NCBI GenBank assembly: GCA_043290085.1
Contig: CM091795.1
Location: 422,025,137 to 422,089,136, forward strand
DNA length: 64,000 bases
Direction of reading: 5' to 3'
Origin: Rhynchocyon petersi
Taxonomy: Eukaryota
The stretch's first letter is position 1; each line of letters begins with the position of its first letter. The notes below the pieces were generated by a model. It was not told the origin of the DNA. It did no database searches and saw nothing but the letters and a program-made list of their open reading frames with translations. A program made the translations under genes and the position numbers. Of this stretch, positions 10,215-24,499 are shown piece by piece.

Positions 10215-11560
10215 GTAGGATGGTTCAACATTGCTATTATGACTCAAGGATGACTCATAGTGTCCCTGTGAACAGCAGATCTGAAACCTGCCCTATCCTG
10301 CCCCATCCTCACCATCCCTAACATACTTGGACCCATTACTGCAGTCACTGTGTCCATCCATCCAGTCGATGGTCTGCCTTTCTTTCTCTGACCTTTCACC
10401 TTGCAAACATGATGTCCCTTTCCAGGGACCAGCCTCTTCTCCAAAATATATGAGACGAAGCTTCACTATCCTTTCCTCCAAGGAGCATTCTGGTTGGATT
10501 CTTTCCAGGACATATTTGTTTGTTCTCTTGGCCATTCATGGGATATTGAACACTTTTCTCCAACACCACAGCTTGAAGGCATGAATTCTTCTTCTGTCGT
10601 CTCTAGTCATTGTCCAACTTTCAGATGCATAGCTAGTAAATGAGAAGACCGACCATGGTTTGGATCAGGTGTACCTTTGTCTTCAAGCTGACAGCATTAC
10701 TCTTCAGTACTTTGGAGAGGTCTCTAACAGCAGCCTTTCCCAATGTGATGAGTCTTTCTTGATTTCTTGCCTGCTGGTGCTACAGGTGTTGACTATGGAT
10801 TTAAGTAAGATGAAATTATTTACCGTTTCAATCCTTTCTTTGTCAGTTATGATGTTCCCTATTGGTCCAGTGGTGAGGAGCTTGATTTTCTTGAAGTTTA
10901 GCCATAGTCCATATTAAAGACTGCAGTCTCTGAGCATCTGCAGCAAATTTTGCAAGTCCTCTTCACTTTCAGCAAGCAGGGTTGTGTCATCTGCATATGG
11001 CAAGCTGTTGATGAACCTTCCTCCAGTCCTGATTGCAAGCTGTTCCTCATAGAGCCCTGCTACCAGAATAATTTTCTCTGTGTACAGATTGAATCGGTAT
11101 GGGGATAGGATACAGTCCTGATGCACGCCTTCCCTGATTTTGGACCATGCAGTATTCCCGTGCTCTATTCTGACCATGGCTTCTTGATCTAGGTATAAAT
11201 TTTGCATAAGTATAATTAAGTGTTCTGGAATTCCCATTTTCATCAATGTTAGCCACAGTTTGTTGTGATCCACACAGTCAAATGCCTTCACATAGTCAAT
11301 GAAACGTAAGTAGACATTCTTCTGGTATTCTTTACTGTGAACCAGGATCCACCTGACATCTGCATTGTATCCCTGGTGCCATGGCCCCTTCTGAATCCAG
11401 CCTGACTTCAACATTAGGATATTTATTATTTCAACACGTGTATTGGACACCTTTGCTAGGTTAGGAGGACTCTTTCCAGGACATATTTTTTTTTCTCTTG
11501 GCCATCCATAGGATATTGAGCACTCTTCTATAACACGACAGCTCAAATGCATCATAGTGA
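10215..11560 (-). mobile_element. RTE-class retrotransposon, 3' ~1.3 kb. It has a 213-aa RT ORF fragment.
   Basis: The minus ORF 10914-11555 carries FIDYVKAFDCVDHNKLWLTLMKMGIPEHLIILMQNLYLDQEA...YADDTTLLAESEEDL. The RTE 3' tail at ~10230 reads ttatgactcaaggatgactcatagtgtccc. Confidence 0.8.
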
Positions 11561-14365
11561 TATTTTATTAAATTTAAGAACATTTATTCAGAATAGAGAA
11601 AAACATGGTAAAGAAATATAAGTGTAAATTTATTTATTTATTATCCATACACCTCCTTACCTGGTAATCTGCTTTCATAAAGATTACAAGTAATTCTACT
11701 CTACATATGTATAATTCTTGTTAATTCATTTCTGACTCGTACAACAGAATGAAACAAAGCTCTCTTCTGTAACATTCTCACAATCAATAATGTGTTTGAC
11801 CTGGAGTTGGAGCCACTATGTCAATATATCTTCTGAAGGGTCTTCCTCTTTTTCACTGACCCTTTACTTTACCAACTGTGATGTCTTTCTCAAGGCACGG
11901 GAACTGGTCCCTACTTACAACATGTCAAATATGTGAGACACACTCTCACCATTCTTGCTCTTAAGGGACATTATGGATATACTTCGTCCAAGACAGATTT
12001 GTTAATTCTTCTAGCAGCCCATGGTATATTCAGTATTCTTTGCCAATACCACTATTCAAATGCGTGAATTTTTACCTAGTTCTGTTTATTAATTGGTCAG
12101 CCAACTTCTACTCAATATTGTATTAGAACTCCTAGCCATAGCAATAAGACAAGCAAATTGCATAGCTTTTATTTCCTTTTCTGGTTTTAATCTCTCACTC
12201 ACTTATTGCCATCAAGTCAATTCTGACTCATAGTGACCCTCTATCAGGTTTAATACTGTAAATCATAATAAGGGGAGAATGCCCATTTTTCTCCCCTAAA
12301 ATTACTGGTGGATTCCAATGGTTACTCTCAATGCTATGAAACACTATGGACTTCTCCACCACAGCTCCCTAGAGACTCTGATACACCCAAAGAATTCTAA
12401 GGACATAAAGGATTTATAAAATGTAAACCATAAAACTTGTTAAAAGAGGTGAAAAATACTTCAGCAAATGGAAAGATGTTACATGCTCATGAATCAGATT
12501 GGTTAAGATAGCAATACCAATAGCAATGCCATCTATAGATTCAACACAATCTCCATCAAATTTCTAACCACTGTTTTGTTTGTTTGGTAAATTCTCAACT
12601 TTATATGGAATGACAAAACTCAAGGAAATTCATTGCTGTCTAGTTGGGACTGACTCACAGCTGACCCTCTAGTGGGTTTCCATAGCTGTAAATTGCAAGG
12701 GAAGAGATTGCCCTTCTTCTGCAGAGCAATTGGTGAATTTCAACTTCAGACCTATGAGTTGGCAGCAACCTCCATCCACTAGGCCACAAGAGCTTCCTAA
12801 TAGAATGACAAGGAGCACCAAATAGCTAAAATATGTTGAAAGAGAACAAAATGAAATGACTCACATATCCTGATTTTCAAATGTACTATCATGCTTGGAA
12901 AGGTCTCCACTTGGAAAGTAGTGAGCTCATTTCCAGGACTGACAGGTCACATGGTTGGAAAGTGTCAGTGAAGGAGAGGGTAGACCTTCAACTAGATGGA
13001 TGAACACAGTGACTGCAACAATAGGCTAGAGTATATGAGGGATGGGGAGGATGGCACAGGATAGGGCAAGGTTTAGATCTGTTCTTCATTGGATCACTAT
13101 AAGTTGCAGTAGGCTCAATGACACCTGCATGCTAGAATATGGAGCTCTGGTGGCATGACCTGGTACAATGGTACTCCAAAGGCCATGTCGCTCTGGTTGT
13201 TCATGCCCATCTGTGGGGGGAAAAATGGCATTCTCTTCTAGTGTTATTTACATCCCCAGAAAACCTACTGGAGGGTCAGCTATGAGTTGCTTCTTAAATA
13301 GTGGCAATGAGTTTAATAGGCTAGAATATAGTTTAATCAAACAACCTAATATAGGTATAATAATAGACATAGACAAGGGGACTAGAACTGAGCCCAGAAA
13401 TAAGCCCACATGTATATAGTCGACTGATTTTTTTACAAGGTTACTAAACCCATTTGATGGGGAAAGAAGGGTCTCTTCAAGAAATGGTGCTGGCAAAATA
13501 AGATATCTACATGCAGAAAGATAAAACAGGATCCGTGCCTCACATTTCATGGTGGTGGTGGTGTACCGTTGAGTCATCAACGACTCATAGTGACCCTCTC
13601 AAGGTTTTCCAGAGGCAGTATCGCACGTGGGAGTGGAAGCCACTCTTTCTCCCTCAGAGCAGCTGGCGGATTTGAACCTCGTGCCTTTGGGTTGGCAGCA
13701 CAGCTCCTTCACCACTAGGCCACGCCAGCTGCTCTTCATTTCATGGAAATAGAAATTCAAAATGGATTAAGGACCTAGAAGTACAAGTAGGGGCAGTGCA
13801 GTCAAGCCTCACTTTCCCCAATGATGATGGGTACTGTTGAGTCATGACTCACTTATAGCTGACCCTCTAGTGGGTTTCTGGAGGCAGTATATCAAGTGGG
13901 AGTTGATGCCACTCTTTCTCCCAAGGAGCAGCTGGTAGATTCGAATCATGTGCAGCGCAGCTCCTTACCACTAGGACACAAATCCATTATCTAATATAAC
14001 AAAAGAACAAACAAGCTAAATAACAAGCTAAATAAATAGGGCCTGATAAAACTTTCAGTCATCAAAAGAACTTTACCAAAAAAGTTGGAAAGACAAATTA
14101 CCAATCTGGAGAATGTTTTTAGAAACCATGTTTCTTACTTTGGGCATGTTCTAAAGTCCTTGGAGAAAAGGCCAGATTTTTGGCAAAGCAGATGGTCAAT
14201 TGAAGAGAGTTAGACAAGACCCTAAATGCAATGGAATTACACAGTGGACTTGAACATGTCCAAAACATGTCAAAACAATGCACTTGAGTATGTCAGAGAT
14301 TGGAGCGTGTGAGGATGTTATAGGACAGGGCAAGGTTTCAAGATGTTGTTCGGGGTTCCTATAAA

Positions 14366-15610
14366 TTGTTGTTGTTGTTATGTGCCATCAAGTCGAAGAC
14401 ATCTCATAGCAACCCTATGAACCAGAGACTTGAAACGCTCCCAATCCTGTGCCATCCTGACCATCTCGGACACCCTCTCGCCTATCACTGCAGTAACCGT
14501 GTTGGTCCATCTAGTCGAGGGTCTACCCCTTCCTCTCCTACCCTCCACCTTTCCAAACACGATGTCCTTCTCCAGGGACTGATCTCTCTCCTAGCAATAT
14601 GTCCAAATTTTGTGAGGCGGAGCTTCACCATCCTTGCCTCCAAGGAGCACTCGAGTTGAATCTTCTCCAGGACTTATTTGTTCATTTTCTTGGCCATCCA
14701 TGGGATATTGAGAACTCTTCTCCAGCACCACAGTTCAAAAGCATCAATTCTTCTGTCACCCCTAGTCATTGTCGAACTTTCAGATGCATGGGTAGTGATT
14801 GAGAAGACCATAGTTTGGAACAGATGCACCTTTGTCTTCAGACTGACATCCTTATTCTTTATGACGTTGGAGAGGTCTCTAACTGCAGCCTTTGCCAATG
14901 TGATACATCTTGTGATTTGTCAATGTGATGGTGCCAAGGGTGTTGGCCATGGATCCAAGTAATATAAAATCATTAACAGTTTGAATTTTTTCTCCATCAA
15001 TTATGATATCACTTATTGGCCCGGTGGCAAGGATCTTGGTTTTCCTGAGATTCAGCTTCAATCCATATTTCGGACTACATTGCTTGAGTTTCTGTAGCAG
15101 AGCCTTCAAGTTTTCTTCACTTTCAGCAAGCAAGATTGATCATCTGCATATCACAGGTTGTTGATGCACCTTCCTCCAATCCTAATGCCATGCTCAATCT
15201 CGTAGAGTCCTGCTTCCCGGATAACCTGCTCTGCATACAGATTGAATAGGGATGGGGACAGTATACACAGTGCTCCCATGTTCTGTTCTTACCACGGCTT
15301 CTTGATCTAGGTATAGATTTTGCATGAGTACAATCAAGTGTTCCGGAAAGTCCCATTTTCCTCAATGTTAGCCATAGTTTGTTGTGATCCACACAATCAA
15401 ATGCCTTTGCATAGTCAATGAAACACAGGTACACATTCTTCTGGTATTCTTTACTTTGAACCAGGATCCATCTGACATCTGCAGTGATGTCCCTGGTGCC
15501 CTGGCCCCTTCTAAAACCAGCCTGACTTTCTGGCAGTTCTCTTTCGATTTACTGCTCCACTCGGTTTTTAATGACCCTCAACAGAATTTTGCTTTCATGT
15601 GATATCAGAG
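14366..15610 (-). mobile_element. RTE-class retrotransposon, 3' part.
   Basis: The tail reads tgttgttgttatgtgccatcaagtcgaagacatctcatagcaaccc. Minus ORFs carry FIDYAKAFDCVDHNKLWLTLRKMG and LQKLKQCSPKYGLKLNLRKTKILATGP. Confidence 0.8.
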
Positions 15611-16204
15611 ATATTGATAAGCACCTAACAACAATATATCCCACAAAGCTTTACTCACCAAAATAACTTTGGCAACTTAACAACAAAATGACAAATAACC
15701 CAGTCCTAAGATGGGCAAAGAATTTGAACAAACTTCACCAAAGAGGACACTGGTGTTGACCACCAGACACATGAAAGAATAGTTAGTGCCATTAACCATC
15801 AAAATGTAACCCATTTCTGAACTCATCACAGGACTTCAAAATGGCATTACAGAAGATAAGAAGGCTAAGAGATCAACTTGGACATTTAATTTGGACCTTA
15901 CTCACCCAGTAGAAGATGGAATTTTTTTAAATTCTGGGAACGTTGAACAGTTTCTGTGGTAGAAGATTAAAGTCAATGGAAAAACTGGAAATCTCAGAGA
16001 TGTTGTTCACATTGAAACCTCCAAGAATAAAATTACAGTTATTTCTGAGAAACAGTTCTCTAAGAGATATTTGGAATACCTTACTAAGAAATACCTTAAG
16101 AAGAACAATCTTCGGGAATGGCTTCATGTGGTTGCATCTGACAAGGAGATTTATGAGCTTCGTTCTTTCCAGAGTAGTCAAGATGAGGATAGCTCTTAGT
16201 CTGA

Positions 16205-16520
16205 GGACTAGGAGAAGCCTCTGGAGAAGGCCTTACTGAATAGAATAAGTGCACCAGTTCTGTTCACAATAGCAAAAACATGGAAACAGCCTAAATGCCT
16301 ATCAACAAATGAATGGATAAAGAAACAGTGGTACTTTCACACAATGGAATACTATGCCACTTTGAAGAATGATAAGGTATTCACCAAACAATACACAACA
16401 TGGGGGAATCTAGAGGACATTATGCTGAGCAAAATGACTCAGTCATATAGGGACAAGTACCCTATATCAGACTGCTACTGTGAAAATAAGTCTGGGGACT
16501 GGTAATGAGGAGGAACAGGA
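16205..16520 (+). mobile_element. LINE-1 3' fragment.
   Basis: It encodes PVLFTIAKTWKQPKCLSTNEWIKKQWYFHTMEYYATLKNDKVFTKQYTTWGNLEDIMLSKMTQSYRDKYPIS, the L1 ORF2 C-terminus. Confidence 0.8.
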
Positions 16521-18424
16521 TGGGGAGAGCAGAAATGGAATATACAGACAATGACCACTAGAGTTTCCTTTACTCCCACTCAGCACTATCAAGGAGGACC
16601 CAAATCATAGCTGACCCTCCTGTAGGTTTCAGATTCAATTAACAACTTTCTCCTGAGGAGCTGCATGACTTTGGGTTGACATTGCAGCTCCTTATCACTA
16701 GGCCATCAGAGATCCCCCTGCTCCTACTGTTGTTATAGACCATAACCTCCAGTGGGTTTGCAGAGGCAGTGAATTACACAGAACAAGATTGCCCATCTTC
16801 CTTCCGAGGAGCAGCTGGTGGATTCAAACTGTGTGCCTTTGGGTTGACAGTGTAACTCTTTATCAGTCTCCACCAGAGCTCTCTTTACTCCCACTGGTGG
16901 TGGTGGTGGTGGGGTACCGTCGAGTCGTGAACGACTCATAGTGACCCTCCCGAGGGTTTCCCAGAGGCAGTATCTCGCACGGGAGTGGAAGCCACTCTTT
17001 CCACTAGGATGTTTTAATATGAAAACAGAAAATAACAAATGTTCATGAGTAGGTGGAATTGGAATCCTTATCCATTGCTGATGAGAATGCAAAATAGACC
17101 ACTGTTGTGGGGAATTGTGGCAGTTTCTTAAAAAACTAAAACTAGAACTACTATATGACCCAGAAATTCTACTTCTACGTAAGTGTCCAAAAGATTTGAA
17201 AGCAGAAACTTAGAGACTTGTACACCATTACTAATTGGAGCATTGCTCATAGTAGCTAAAAGATACAAACAAATGTCCATCAACAGAGAAATGGATAAAC
17301 AAAATGTGGTCCAAACATGAAATTAAATACTACTCAGGTAGCAGGAAAAACTAAGTCTTGGTACATGCTACAGTACAGATGGAGCTGGGAGACGTTCTGA
17401 GCAAAATAAGTTAATTACAAATGGACAAATATTGTATTACCAAGATGTATAGAAAGACAAGAGGCAAATATATATAGACCAAAGTTTGTTAGGTGTTAAC
17501 AGCAAAAGGAAGGGGGAAATGAAGGTTGATGGTAGTGAGAAAATGAATTAAGGGTAGACTTTCACAGTTGATTACTGTTACTGTTACCAGTAAATTTCAC
17601 ACCTGTAAAAAACTGGCAAAAGTTGTGCAATAGAAATTTTTTCATCTATGACAAGAATAAAGTGTAGCTGCTGAGGCTGCTTGTGTGTACCAAAACCCCA
17701 CGAGAATCGGTTTCTTGGTTTGAAGGTTTAGGGTCGTGATTTTAGAAGACATCCCAATTCATTAGCCTAGTAACATTACTTGGTGGGGTACTGTCGAGCC
17801 ATGACCGACTCATAGTGACCCTCCCAAGGGTTTCTCGGAGGCGGTATCTCTCACGGGAGTAGAAGCCACTCTTTCTCCGGTGGAGGAGCTGGCAGACTCA
17901 AACCACGTGCTTTTGGGTCGGCAGCTCAGCTCCTTTACCACTAAACCACACCAGCTGCTCAGTACCATTACTTAGTGCTCCTCTTATACCTCCTAATTGG
18001 CTGTGTAGTGCCTGGGTTCTTGTTTGCAAGCAGCAATCCAAGGCACATCAATTGGTCTCTATTCCCCCGTGCAGCAGAGGAAGAAGGAAAATCAGGAACA
18101 GGAGGAGGATATAGAATGTGTGACTAATTTTCTACTTGTACAATTATCTCCTCTTTGCATCCAGAAAAATTGGATGGTGTCAGCTACCATTAGTAATTTT
18201 TTTTTTTAAAGTTCACAATGAAGTTGATTCCTCATTCACATTACCGAATATTTTGATCTAAGATTCTAAACCTAATCAAAAGGGAAGAACAGAATTTCAC
18301 ATTTTCATAGACTTTGGAACCATGGAGGGTGAATGAACCCCAAGAATTTATGCACCAAAAGAATTTAAACCTTAAACCAAAATAATTCCCTTGAACTCTG
18401 CTAATGCAAATTAATAATTTCGCT

Positions 18425-18760
18425 TAAAGGAGCAGCTGGCATGGCCTAGTGGTAAGAAGCTGTGCTGCCAACACAAAGGCTCGAGGTTCTAATCTGACAG
18501 CTGCTCCAATGGAGAAAGAGTGGTGTCAACTCCCGTTCGAGATACTGCCTCCGGAAACCCTCGGGAGGGTCAGCTATGAGTCAGTGATGACTCGACAGTA
18601 CCCCAACAACAACTGTATATGGTGAGCAGTTGGCATGGCTTAGTGGTAAAGGAGCTGCACTGCCAACCCAAAGGCACATGGTTCCATATATATAGTGGTG
18701 GTGTGGTATCGTCAAGTCGTGAACCACTCATAGTGACCCTCCCAATATATATAGTAGATA
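18425..18760 (+). mobile_element. Two tandem AfroSINE copies (18425-18605 and 18630-18760).
   Basis: Sequence reads agcagctggcatggcctagtggtaagaagctgtgctgccaacacaaaggctcgaggttctaatc...gagatactgcctccggaaaccctcgggagggtcagctatgagtcagtgatgactcgacag, followed by a second head reading agttggcatggcttagtggtaaaggagctgcactgccaacccaaaggcac. Confidence 0.8.
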
Positions 18761-20639
18761 CTTTTAAAATCCCCATTTCACAGATGAGGATGTGAAAACC
18801 TAGTAGTGGACTAGTAATGTCCTTTGGTGTTAAGATTCCTATCTTCCTCAAGTGGATCATTATTAGGACAAAAATGTTCTTTCAGAGCAGATGTTCCCTA
18901 TGTTTTGCGCTGTCATCAAAATATGCCTCTCCAAGTCTTGCAAGGTTCTACCTTTTTTATTTCACTTAATGAGAGTGGAAGAGCATTTCAACATCTGCAA
19001 CTCAGTGGATGCAGTGTCTAGATCTTTTCCTCATTTGCATTTCCAGAAATTAATCTTCAATGTGCCACAGCTTTTCATTTCCAACCATTAAAACACATGC
19101 AGTCTGTGTACCTAAGGTTGGATTTTTAAAAAATGTTTCACAAGTTACATTACTAAACAAAGATTTAGTGGCAGGATCTTTGAGGAGGTTTTAACAAAAA
19201 GAAGTAGATTGCATTTTCCTCAAAGATTCTGTTGTAGAGATACCAGCTTCTCCATTTAATCATGTAAGTACTAGAAAAGAAGTTACTGTGGAGGTTAGCT
19301 TTGCACATGAACACAAATCCCAGAATTAACATGCTTAAAATACTGGGAAGAAGAGTGGGGAATGGAAAGAAAATGAACTTTCTTTTATAGAATATTGGAA
19401 AAGATTTTTTTAAAATCCAATCACATGAATATGTATATGTGGTGGTAGTGGGGTACCATCGAGTTGTAACTGACTCATAGTGACCCTCCTGAGGGTTTCC
19501 AGAAGCAGTATCTCCACAGGAGTTGAAGCCACTCTTTCACCTGAGGAGCAGCTGGTGGATTAGAACCAAGTGCCTTTGGGTTGGCAGTGAAGCTCCTTTA
19601 CCACTAGACCATGCCAGCTGCTTGAATATACATATATATATGAAGAAATAAAATATAAGGAAAAGTATTTCTAGTAAACAACCAATGAATTTGAACCTTG
19701 ACCTCAAACTGTCAATTACAATGTGTAGAAGACCAGGCCTGGGAGAACCAAGCCACGGGTGTTTCGGAGATTCTGGAAATGAAATACAAAGCACGAAATC
19801 AGCTCCACAACCTGGCGTTGGGAACAGCTGGGAAAAGAAGCGGAGAGTTCCGTGCACCAGGCTAGCATATTTATTGCCTGCTCCTGGCAGGAGTGGTTAA
19901 ATGATGGTTTCCGAGGAATAGCCAATCTCATTGTAATGGGGATTGGACCTGGGCGGGCCCACCTTCTGTAGCTGGGCATGCCCAGTAGCTAACATGATGG
20001 AGCAGACCCAATAATCCACTAATGGGAGTGTCTCTTTATAAGGTTCCTCTTTTGACCCACCCAGTAATCCTCTGACCTTTGCAGTAAGCACAAGGAGTTT
20101 AGCCATTTTGCGACACCCAAATCTTCCAGGGACACTTCCTAGGACCATGACCCTCAGTTACAAGATTGGTGGGCACCCCATTTATAGTCACTCTAATAAT
20201 GGTTAACTACAACAATGTATGTATGATTTTAAGTAGCACCATACTGTTAGCGAAAAGCCCTACAGTAGTTCTACATCAGTGAATCCTGAGAACCCAGCAC
20301 TCATCTGCTGGTATTCCAAAATGAACTGCTACCTCCCTCTTGGTGGTGGTGGTGTGTACTGTTGAGTCGTGAACGACTCATAGTGACCCTCCTGAGGGTT
20401 TCAGGAGGCAGTATCTCATGCGGAAGTAGAAACCACTCTTTCTCCCGAGGAGCAGCTGGCAGGTTTGAACCACGTGTCTTTGGGAAGAAGAATATATGCA
20501 ATGTAGTCTCTGCTATTGTTAGAAATAGAAAATTATGGGTGACCATAGGTCTGCCACTAAATAATCTATGACAAGAAATTAGGAAGATAGCTACCTGGCC
20601 AACTGACTGAAAGAGATCCATATTTGCTTCCATTTAAAA

Positions 20640-23135
20640 AAAACAGTGATACAACAGAATGTGGAAATTCTTGAACAATATCATTAACATCACATGCAAG
20701 TAAAATCTTGCTGAAGATTATTTAAAAGTGGCTGGAACAGCACAACAAAAGGGAACTTCCAGAAATGCAAACTAGATTCAGAGGAGGCAGTGGGACAAGG
20801 CCTATGATTGCTGATGCCAGATAGATGTTGGTTGAAAGCAGAGAATACCAGAAAGATGTTTGTGTTTTATTGACTGTGCAAAAGCATTTGACTGTCTAAA
20901 TCATGACACATTATGGCTAATGTTGAGAAGAATGAGAATGACAGAAAGCTTAACTGTGCTCATATGATTCCTATACACAGACCAAGAAGCTTTTGGACAA
21001 ACAGAACAAGCGAACACTGCGTATTTGAAATCAGGAAAGGTGTGTTTCATGATTGTGTCCTTTCTCCTTACCTATTCAATCTGTATGCTGAACAAATTAT
21101 TTGAGAAGCAGGAATATGTGGAGAAAAAGGTGGGATTGGGGTTGGAGGGAACTTCATCAACATCTAGTGCTAAGCAAATGACACAACCTTGCTTGCAGAA
21201 AGTGAAGAAGACTTAAAGAACTTGATGCAGAAGATCAAGAACTACAGCCTTCGATCTGGGTTATAATCTCAATATCAAGAAAACAAAAATCCTCACCACT
21301 GGACCAATAGGAAACATCATGATGGACAGAGAAAAGATTGCTGTTGTCAGTGATTCAGTTTTACTTGGATCCAAATCAACACTCATGGATGGTACCAGCA
21401 GTCAAGAAATCAAAATATATAAGAACCCATAAAAATCAGAGAAAAAGCTGGAATGACATTATAAGCCCTAGGATATAGTATCAACAGCCTAGCAAACATG
21501 ATGGGTGGGACCTCATAAAACCTAAATCCTTATGTGCATCAAAGAATTTCTCCACCAGAGTGAAAATAGAATTCACAGACTGGGAAAAAATATTTGGCAA
21601 TGACATTTCAGACAAAAGACTCATAACAAGAATTTACATTGTAATTACTTAAGGATCTCCACAAAATAAAGGAAGTCAACCCAATAACAAAGTGGGCTAA
21701 TGACATGAAGAGGCACTTCTCTGAAGATGACATCCAAGTGGCCAACAAACACATGAGGAAGTTCTCATAATCACTAGCAATCAGAGACTTACTAATGAAA
21801 ATGACAATGAGATACCACCACAACCCAGCAACAATAGCAAAATTTAACACAACAGCCAACAGTAAACGTTGATGAGGATGTGGAGAGATTAGAACTCTTT
21901 TACACTGCTGGTGGGAATGCAAAATGGTACAACTGTTGTGGAGGTCAGTCTGGCACTTTCACAAAGAATTCAAGCTAGAAATACCATTTGACCCTTCTGG
22001 GAGTCTACCCCAAAGAAATCAGAGGGGACACACAAATAGATATATGCACACCTATGTTCATTGCAGCATTGCCTACACTAGCTAGAAGTTGGAAGCAGCC
22101 CAAATGCCCATCAACTGACAAATGGGTGGAGAAGCTGTGGTACATCCATACAATGGACTATTGTGTGGCTTTGAAAAACAATGATCAGCTCTTCAAACAT
22201 TATATAACTTGGTTGAGGAGGGAGGACCTGATGTTAAGTGACCTATCCCAATCACTTAAAGACCAATATTGTATAGGTCCACTATTACGAAAATGGGGAA
22301 GTGGGGGAGATTAAAAGGTTTGGAGTAGGGAAAAACAGAAGCACAATGCAATAATCAGTTGGAGTTTTTTTTTTTTTAAATTGATGTTTGCTGTTGCTTT
22401 TCTTTTTTTGTAAGTTTGGGGTGGCAAGTGTGGGGGAGGGAAGGAAAGGGGAGTAAAGTTTGAAAAAGAAATCAGTAAATGGAGAGAAGGGAAGAGCAAG
22501 GTGCAATATACCAGACCTCTACTGTAATCAATTAATCACTTAAGCTATTTTACTAAATGATATAAAAATGTGTTTCAATAAATAAATAAATTTAAAAAAT
22601 CAAAAGATGTGTTGCTTTCGAAAGATCTGCTGTCAAGAACTTCTTCAAATTACTAAAGAGCAATGATGTCTGTTTAAAGACAAGCGTGCGCCTAATGCAG
22701 GTCATGGCATTTTTCACTTACTTGCTATGCATCCGAAAGTTGGACAATAAGGATGACAAAAGAATTGATGCCTTTGAATTGTGTTGCTGGAGAAGAGTTC
22801 TGACTATCTCATGAACCACCAAAAGAACAAACAAGTCTATCTTGGGGGAAATGCAAGCAATTCTCTTCAGAAGCAAGGACAGATGTCACATACTTATCAG
22901 GACATCTTGTCAGGAGGAGCCAGTTCTTGGAAAAAGATGTGATGTTGGGAAAGGTGGAGGGTCAGAGAAAAAAAAAATAACGTAATTGGACACAGTTACG
23001 GCAGCGATGGGTGCCAGTGTGTCAGGGATGGTGAGGATGGCACAGGATAGGGGGCTTTTCAGGTCTGTGGTTCATAGGGTCGCTATGAGTCGTCTTCGAC
23101 TCAATGGCACATAACAACAACAACAACAAGGTAAT
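20640..23135 (+). mobile_element. Older RTE-class element on the plus strand. It is split by a nested L1 insertion (see the feature at 21440-22610). The RTE 3' end lies at 23100-23135.
   Basis: Degenerate RT motifs (FDCLNHDTLWLMLRRM, SPYLFNLYAEQII) lie before the L1. After it, the typical RTE tail reads gggtcgctatgagtcgtcttcgactcaatggcacataacaacaacaacaa. Confidence 0.7.
21440..22610 (+). mobile_element. LINE-1 3' fragment (ORF2 C-terminus plus 3'UTR), nested inside the RTE element.
   Basis: ORF 21988-22314 translates as YPKEIRGDTQIDICTPMFIAALPTLARSWKQPKCPSTDKWVEKLWYIHTMDYCVALKNNDQLFKHYITWLRREDLMLSDLSQSLKDQYCIGP. This is the canonical L1 ORF2 end. The A-rich 3'UTR ends in aataaataaataaa at ~22600. 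Confidence 0.8.
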
Positions 23136-24499
23136 GTAACTTACATTTGCATAACATGTAAGCAAATAGAACGTTGTTGTTGTTAAGTGCTATCGAGTCG
23201 AGGACCACTCATAGTGACCCTATGAACAGCAGACCTAAAATGCGCCCTGTCCTGTGCCATCCTCACCATCTCTGAAACACTCACACCCATCACTGCAGTG
23301 ACTGTGTCCGTCCATCTAATTGACGGCCTGCCTCTCCTTTTCCCACCCTCTACCTTTCCAAGCTTGATGTCCCTCTCCCGGGACTGCCCTCTCCTAACAA
23401 CATGTCCAAAATATGTAAGGCGAAGTTTAACCACCCTTGTCTCCAAGGAGCACTCAGGTTGGACTCTCTCCAGGACACACTTGTTTGTTTTCTTGGCCAT
23501 CCATGGGATACTGAGCACTCTTCTCCAACACCACAGCTCAAAGGCATCAATCTTCCTTCTGTCATCTAGCAAAAGAAAATTCATGCAAGAAGTTTCCTAT
23601 GTTTTTCTTCTTATATTTAAATTTAAAAACATTTTTATAACATTCAGTACAACAGGATAGATGATTAATTGATTACACTTGTTAGGTACTATTGAGTTGG
23701 GATTGACTCATAGCTGACCCTCCAGTGGGTTTTCAGAGGCAGTACGTAGTACTGTTGAAGCCACTCTTCCTCCCAAAATAGAGGACCAGTATATTGTATA
23801 TATGTTCTGGAGAGGATCCAGCCAGAGTGCTCCCTGGAGGCAAGAGTGGTGAAGCTCCGCCTCATGTATTTTGGACATGTTGCCAGGAGAGACCAGTCCC
23901 TAGAGAGGGACATCATGTTTGGAAAGGTGGAGGGTAGGAGAGGAAGGGGTAGATCCTCGACTAGATGGATGGATATGATTACTGCAGTGATGGGCATAGG
24001 TGTGTCGGAGATGGTGAGGATGGCTCAGGATAGGGCGCATTTCAGGTCTGCTGTTCACAGGGTTGCTATGAGTCGTCTTTGACTCGATGGTACATAACAA
24101 CAACATATTGTATATTGCTTTTCCCTCCATCCCACCCATCCATTTACTAATTTTTCATTCCCCTGTCTCTCCCTGCCCCTTCCTGTATGTTGCCATAGGA
24201 TAGGAAAATGACAAAAACAAACAAAACAACAAAAATAATAAAAAAATAATAGTAATAAAAAAGGAAGACTTTTTCTCATTGTTATTCTGTTTTTCTTTTT
24301 CATTGCACCAATGTATGAGATTGGAGAATGAATAAGCAAGGAGAATTTGAATTGAGTTTACACTGCTAACCAATCATTATGCTGTTGTTGTTGGTGGGGT
24401 ACTGTGAGTCGTGACCCTCCCGAGGGTTTCCGGAGGCAGTACTTCGCACAGGAGTTGAAATTACTCTTTCTCCCTCGGATCGGAATCATTATGCTAGAC

